From Bacteroidales bacterium (GTDB lineage Bacteria; Bacteroidota; Bacteroidia; Bacteroidales; UBA932), in assembly GCA_024681565.1 (NCBI GenBank), contig JAILAO010000084.1, forward strand, positions 1 through 34,042: a DNA stretch of 34,042 nt. The letters run 5' to 3'. A program made the position numbers and the translations under genes. Shown piece by piece: positions 30,489 to 34,042 of this stretch; the first letter of the stretch is position 1, and every line of letters begins with the position of its first letter. The notes under the pieces are model-generated. The model was not told the DNA's origin. It did not search any database and saw nothing but the letters and a program-made list of their open reading frames with translations.

Positions 30489-30506
30489 CAAATATAAGTA
30501 AAAAAA
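30489..30506 (-). promoter_or_regulatory. preA -7 element within copy 2 of the 18-bp direct repeat
   Basis: CAAATATAAGTAAAAAAA identical to 28976-28993; TATATTTG lies 19 nt upstream of the ATG. Confidence 0.65.
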
Positions 30507-30532
30507 ACGGCCGGAATCAAATCCCGGCCGTT
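30500..30532 (-). terminator. Rho-independent terminator of the xylBAE operon
   Basis: AACGGCCGG(30506-14)/CCGGCCGTT(30524-32) stem followed on the minus strand by a run of 8 T, about 30 nt after the xylE stop. Confidence 0.85.
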
Positions 30533-30560
30533 AACCAACCAACAGATAAAATAACCTCGT

Positions 30561-32039
30561 TTACTTTGCCTTCTGGCGCGAGCGCCACAGCGCGGACATC
30601 TCTTCCAGCGTTTTGCCCTTGGTCTCCGGGACCATGCGCCACACGAAGAAGGCCGCCAGCAGACACATGGCGCAGTAGAGGCCATAGGTGAAAGCCGGGC
30701 TCCAGGTGTAGAGCGGCACGAACGTGGAACTCACGATGAAGTTCGAAATCCACTGGAAAGCCACGGCGATCGCCACGGCGGCACCGCGGATCGTGTTCGG
30801 GAAGATCTCGGAGATCAGCACCCAGCAGATCGGGCCCCAGCTGAACATGAAGGACGCTGAGTAGATCATGATACTGAGTACGCCGATGATGCCCGGGACC
30901 CCCGGGACGGCATCGGCCAGCGCCACGCCGAGCGCACCGAGCGCCATGCCGAGCGAACCGGTGATCAGCAGGGGCTTGCGGCCGAGTTTCTCCACGGTGA
31001 AGATGGCGACCAGCGTGAAACTGATATTGACGATACCCATCAGCACCGTCTGCGTCATCGGGTTGCCCATCCCCATCGACTCGAAGATACGGGGAGCATA
31101 GTAAAGGACGGCGTTGATGCCGACGAACTGCTGGAAAACGCTGAGCATGATGCCCACGAAGATGACCACCCAGCCATAGGCCAGCAGTTTCTCCTTCTTC
31201 TCCACGACCGTATTCTTGATCTCGGCGAGGATTTCCTCGGCTTTGCTGCGGCCGTTGATGCGGGTAAGCACATCCAGGGCCTTGCCGTCCTGCCCGGTCA
31301 TGGCCAGGTAGCGCGGAGTCTCGGGCACGAGCAGGATCAGCAGGGAGAACAGGCCGGCCGGGACACATTCGGAACCGAACATCAGACGCCAGCCCGTGGT
31401 CACGGACCAGTTGCCGTCGGCGGCGAGCGCATCGGCATTGATGATACGGTTGATGCCTTCGGCCAACGCCTCCATCTTCGGTGCGATGTGGTCACCGAGG
31501 ATGACCAGGTTCACGAAATAAACGACCAGCTGGCCGAAAATGATCGCAAACTGGTTCCAGGAAACGAGCGTGCCGCGTTTGTCGGCCGGAGCCACCTCGG
31601 CGATGTACATCGGGCAGATGGCGGAAGCCATGCCGACACCGATGCCGCCGAGTACGCGGTAGAGGTTGAAAGCGACCCACAGGGACTGGGATGCCACGCC
31701 CTTGGGGAAGAAGAGGAACTCCGGATAGTAAGAACCGGCAGCACTCAGGAAGAAACAGACACCTGCTACGAACAGACTCTTCTTGCGGCCGAACCGTCCG
31801 GCCATCAGACCGGAGATCGCGCTGCCGATGATGCAGCCCAGCAGCGCGCTGGAAGAGGTGATTCCGTGCAGGAAGCTCGTATAAGTGAAGTCTCCGGCGC
31901 TCATGAAGAACGCCTGGAGACCCCGCTCTGCGCCGGAAATCACGGCCGTATCATATCCGAAGAGCAAGCCGCCGAGGACGGCGACGAGCACGATCGAGAA
32001 CAGATACGCGCCGGATCCCTTATCTTGCCTGACCGCCAT
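30561..32039 (-). CDS. xylE: D-xylose:H+ symporter (MFS sugar porter)
   Basis: GGLLFGYDTAVISG, GRFGRKKSL, PMYIAEVAP, PETPRYL, QQFVGINAVLYY, SWGPICWVLISEIFP, PETKGKTLEE; 1-nt overlap with the xylA stop. Confidence 0.93.
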   Translation of the reverse strand: MAVRQDKGSGAYLFSIVLVAVLGGLLFGYDTAVISGAERGLQAFFMSAGDFTYTSFLHGITSSSALLGCIIGSAISGLMAGRFGRKKSLFVAGVCFFLSAAGSYYPEFLFFPKGVASQSLWVAFNLYRVLGGIGVGMASAICPMYIAEVAPADKRGTLVSWNQFAIIFGQLVVYFVNLVILGDHIAPKMEALAEGINRIINADALAADGNWSVTTGWRLMFGSECVPAGLFSLLILLVPETPRYLAMTGQDGKALDVLTRINGRSKAEEILAEIKNTVVEKKEKLLAYGWVVIFVGIMLSVFQQFVGINAVLYYAPRIFESMGMGNPMTQTVLMGIVNISFTLVAIFTVEKLGRKPLLITGSLGMALGALGVALADAVPGVPGIIGVLSIMIYSASFMFSWGPICWVLISEIFPNTIRGAAVAIAVAFQWISNFIVSSTFVPLYTWSPAFTYGLYCAMCLLAAFFVWRMVPETKGKTLEEMSALWRSRQKAK

Positions 32040-33352
32040 TAGATGTACATGTTGACAATCGCCTCGTAGAGCTCCTGCTTGCCGGAAGTAGCCTTCGGCT
32101 CGCCTTTCTTTTTGGCATATTCAACCACCTGCTCGAGGGTCATCTTGCCATCCTCGAAGTCCTTGCCGGGGCCCTTGTCGAAGGAAGCGTAGCGCTCCTT
32201 GACCATGGCGGGGATCGGAGACTTCTCAAGGAGATCGGCGGCGACCAGCAGGGCGCGTGCCATGACATCCATCGCGGCGATGTGGGCGATGAAGATATCC
32301 TCCAGGTCGGTGGAATTGCGACGGGTCTTGGCGTCGAAATTGGTACCGCCAACCAGACCGCCGCCCTTGACGATGACCATCATCGCCTGGGACAACTCAT
32401 AGAGATCGATCGGGAACTGGTCGGTATCCCAGCCGTTCTGGTAATCACCGCGGTTGGCGTCGATCGAGCCGAGCAGGCCGGCATCGACGGCGCACTGGAG
32501 CTCATGCTCGAAGGTGTGGCCGGCGAGGGTCGCATGGTTGACCTCGATATTGACCTTGAAGTCCTTGTCCAGGCCGTGGGCGCGCAGGAAACCGATCACG
32601 GTCTCGGTATCCACGTCATACTGGTGCTTGGTCGGTTCCATCGGTTTCGGCTCGATGAGGAAGGTACCCTTGAAACCCTTGGCGCGGGCATAATCGCGGG
32701 CCATGCCCAGCATGGTGGCCATGTGCTCTTTCTCACGCTTCATGTCGGTGTTGAGCAGGGACATGTAGCCCTCGCGGCCGCCCCAGAACACGTAGCACTC
32801 ACCGCCGAGTTCGATGGTGGCGTCAATGGCGTTCTTGATCTGGACCATCGCACGGGCGGCGACGTCGAAATCAGGGTTGGTAGAAGCACCGTTCATATAG
32901 CGCTTGTGTCCGAACACGTTGGCCGTGCCCCAGAGGAGTTTGATGCCGGTTTCGGCCTGTTTTTTCTTCGCATAGGCGACGATCTCCTTGAGGTTGGCTT
33001 CATATTCGGCGATGGTCGGGGCCTCGTCCACGAGGTCGACATCATGGAAGCAATAATATTCGATGCCGAGTTTCTGCATGATCTCGAAGCCGGCATCCAT
33101 CTTGTTCTTGGCACGCTCGACAGCCGTGGCACCGACATTCCAGGGGAAAGACTTGGTGCCGCCGCCGAACTGGTCCGCACCCTCTGCGCAGAGCGTGTGC
33201 CACCAGGCCATCGCGAACTTGAACCAATCTTTCATCTTCTTGCCGCAGACCACCTTTTCGGGGTCATAGTAGCGATAAGCGAGAGGATTCTTGGAATCTT
33301 TGCCTTCAAATTTGATTTTTCCCAATTCCGGGAAGTACTCTTTGTTTGCCAT
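32039..33352 (-). CDS. xylA: Xylose isomerase (class II)
   Basis: [52 protein letters not shown]. Confidence 0.98.
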   Translation of the reverse strand: MANKEYFPELGKIKFEGKDSKNPLAYRYYDPEKVVCGKKMKDWFKFAMAWWHTLCAEGADQFGGGTKSFPWNVGATAVERAKNKMDAGFEIMQKLGIEYYCFHDVDLVDEAPTIAEYEANLKEIVAYAKKKQAETGIKLLWGTANVFGHKRYMNGASTNPDFDVAARAMVQIKNAIDATIELGGECYVFWGGREGYMSLLNTDMKREKEHMATMLGMARDYARAKGFKGTFLIEPKPMEPTKHQYDVDTETVIGFLRAHGLDKDFKVNIEVNHATLAGHTFEHELQCAVDAGLLGSIDANRGDYQNGWDTDQFPIDLYELSQAMMVIVKGGGLVGGTNFDAKTRRNSTDLEDIFIAHIAAMDVMARALLVAADLLEKSPIPAMVKERYASFDKGPGKDFEDGKMTLEQVVEYAKKKGEPKATSGKQELYEAIVNMYI

Positions 33353-33374
33353 AAGTGAAATTTGTGTTAATAGT

Positions 33375-34042
33375 TTATTTGATTGAATCTTCTACTTCAT
33401 ATTTCCAGCGGGCGTAGGCATCCTCCAGCGGCTGTTTCCAGGCACTTTCCGGTTCGATGACGTCCAGGCGGGTCAGGGAGGAGAAAGCCTCGGGAGCCGA
33501 TTTGTAGATCCCTGCGCCGAGCGCGGCGCCGCGGGCGGCGCCCAGCGATCCGTCCGTATCATACAGCTCGATCTGTGCATCGCAGAGCGTGGCAAGGGTA
33601 GAGCGGAAGAGCGGACTGAGGAACATGTTGGCCTTGCCGGCGTGGATCACATCCGGCTTCAGGCCAAGGCCCTTCATGATATCGATACCGTAACGGAAGG
33701 AGAACGCGATCCCCTCCTGGATCGCACGCAGGATGTGTGAACGGTTGTGACGGACCAGGTCGATGCCGGCCAGACGTGCATAGGTGCTCCTGTTGGAGAG
33801 GACACGCTCGGCACCGTTGCCGAAGGGAAGCACCAGCATGCCGTCGGAACCGGCCGGAGCCGATGCCGCCAGTTCGTTCATCTGCGGATAGGACAGGTCC
33901 GGGCAGAAATTGCGGTGGGCCCAGGCGTTCATGATACCGGTGCCGTTGATGCAGAGCAGCACGCCCAGACGCGGCTCCGTGGCGGAGGCGTGACCGACGT
34001 TCCGAAAGCGGACCCGCAGTCGCGGGTCAATACCTTCCTGCA
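33375..34042 (-). CDS. xylB: Xylulokinase (FGGY family), C-terminal part only; last ~50 bases of the window are in inverted orientation
   Basis: [58 protein letters not shown]; directly upstream of xylA. Confidence 0.9.
   Translation of the reverse strand, partial: QEGIDPRLRVRFRNVGHASATEPRLGVLLCINGTGIMNAWAHRNFCPDLSYPQMNELAASAPAGSDGMLVLPFGNGAERVLSNRSTYARLAGIDLVRHNRSHILRAIQEGIAFSFRYGIDIMKGLGLKPDVIHAGKANMFLSPLFRSTLATLCDAQIELYDTDGSLGAARGAALGAGIYKSAPEAFSSLTRLDVIEPESAWKQPLEDAYARWKYEVEDSIK

Overview
Mostly core-genome DNA from a GC-rich member of the Bacteroidales. The assignment rests on TAnnTTTG -7 promoter boxes, A/T-rich leaders without Shine-Dalgarno sites, and Bacteroidota-type SecA, GyrB and XylA; a gut or rumen lineage is an inference. 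I find 24 CDS, two of them cut by the window ends. Left to right: a PLP-dependent enzyme matching the sulfonolipid synthase CapB/SulA (absent from the ORF track), gyrB, an outer-membrane beta-barrel plus a 990-aa TPR protein, ftsE-like and nth, a DUF937-like protein, pgm, a SAM methyltransferase, a CE1-type esterase, and a four-gene ATGA-coupled operon (output-less 4HB/HAMP sensor, trkH, RecD-like helicase, DPP-IV). These are followed by a ROK regulator, an ABC-F ATPase, glnS, yicC, bactofilin, secA, an unusual dihydropyrimidine dehydrogenase and xylB-xylA-xylE. I saw no rRNA, tRNA, CRISPR array, transposase or integrase. The best leads are: (1) the CapB/SulA-type gene, which keeps the Lys251 and Lys281 positions; (2) a PreA fused to a PreT Fe-S fragment without the FAD/NAD(P)H module, flanked by an 18-bp direct repeat; (3) the plug-less barrel/TPR pair; (4) the sensor-only protein coupled to TrkH; (5) an inverted xylB segment in the last 56 bases, either an intragenic inversion or a fold-back artefact. 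Family assignments come from motif recognition and recalled sequences; no searches were run.
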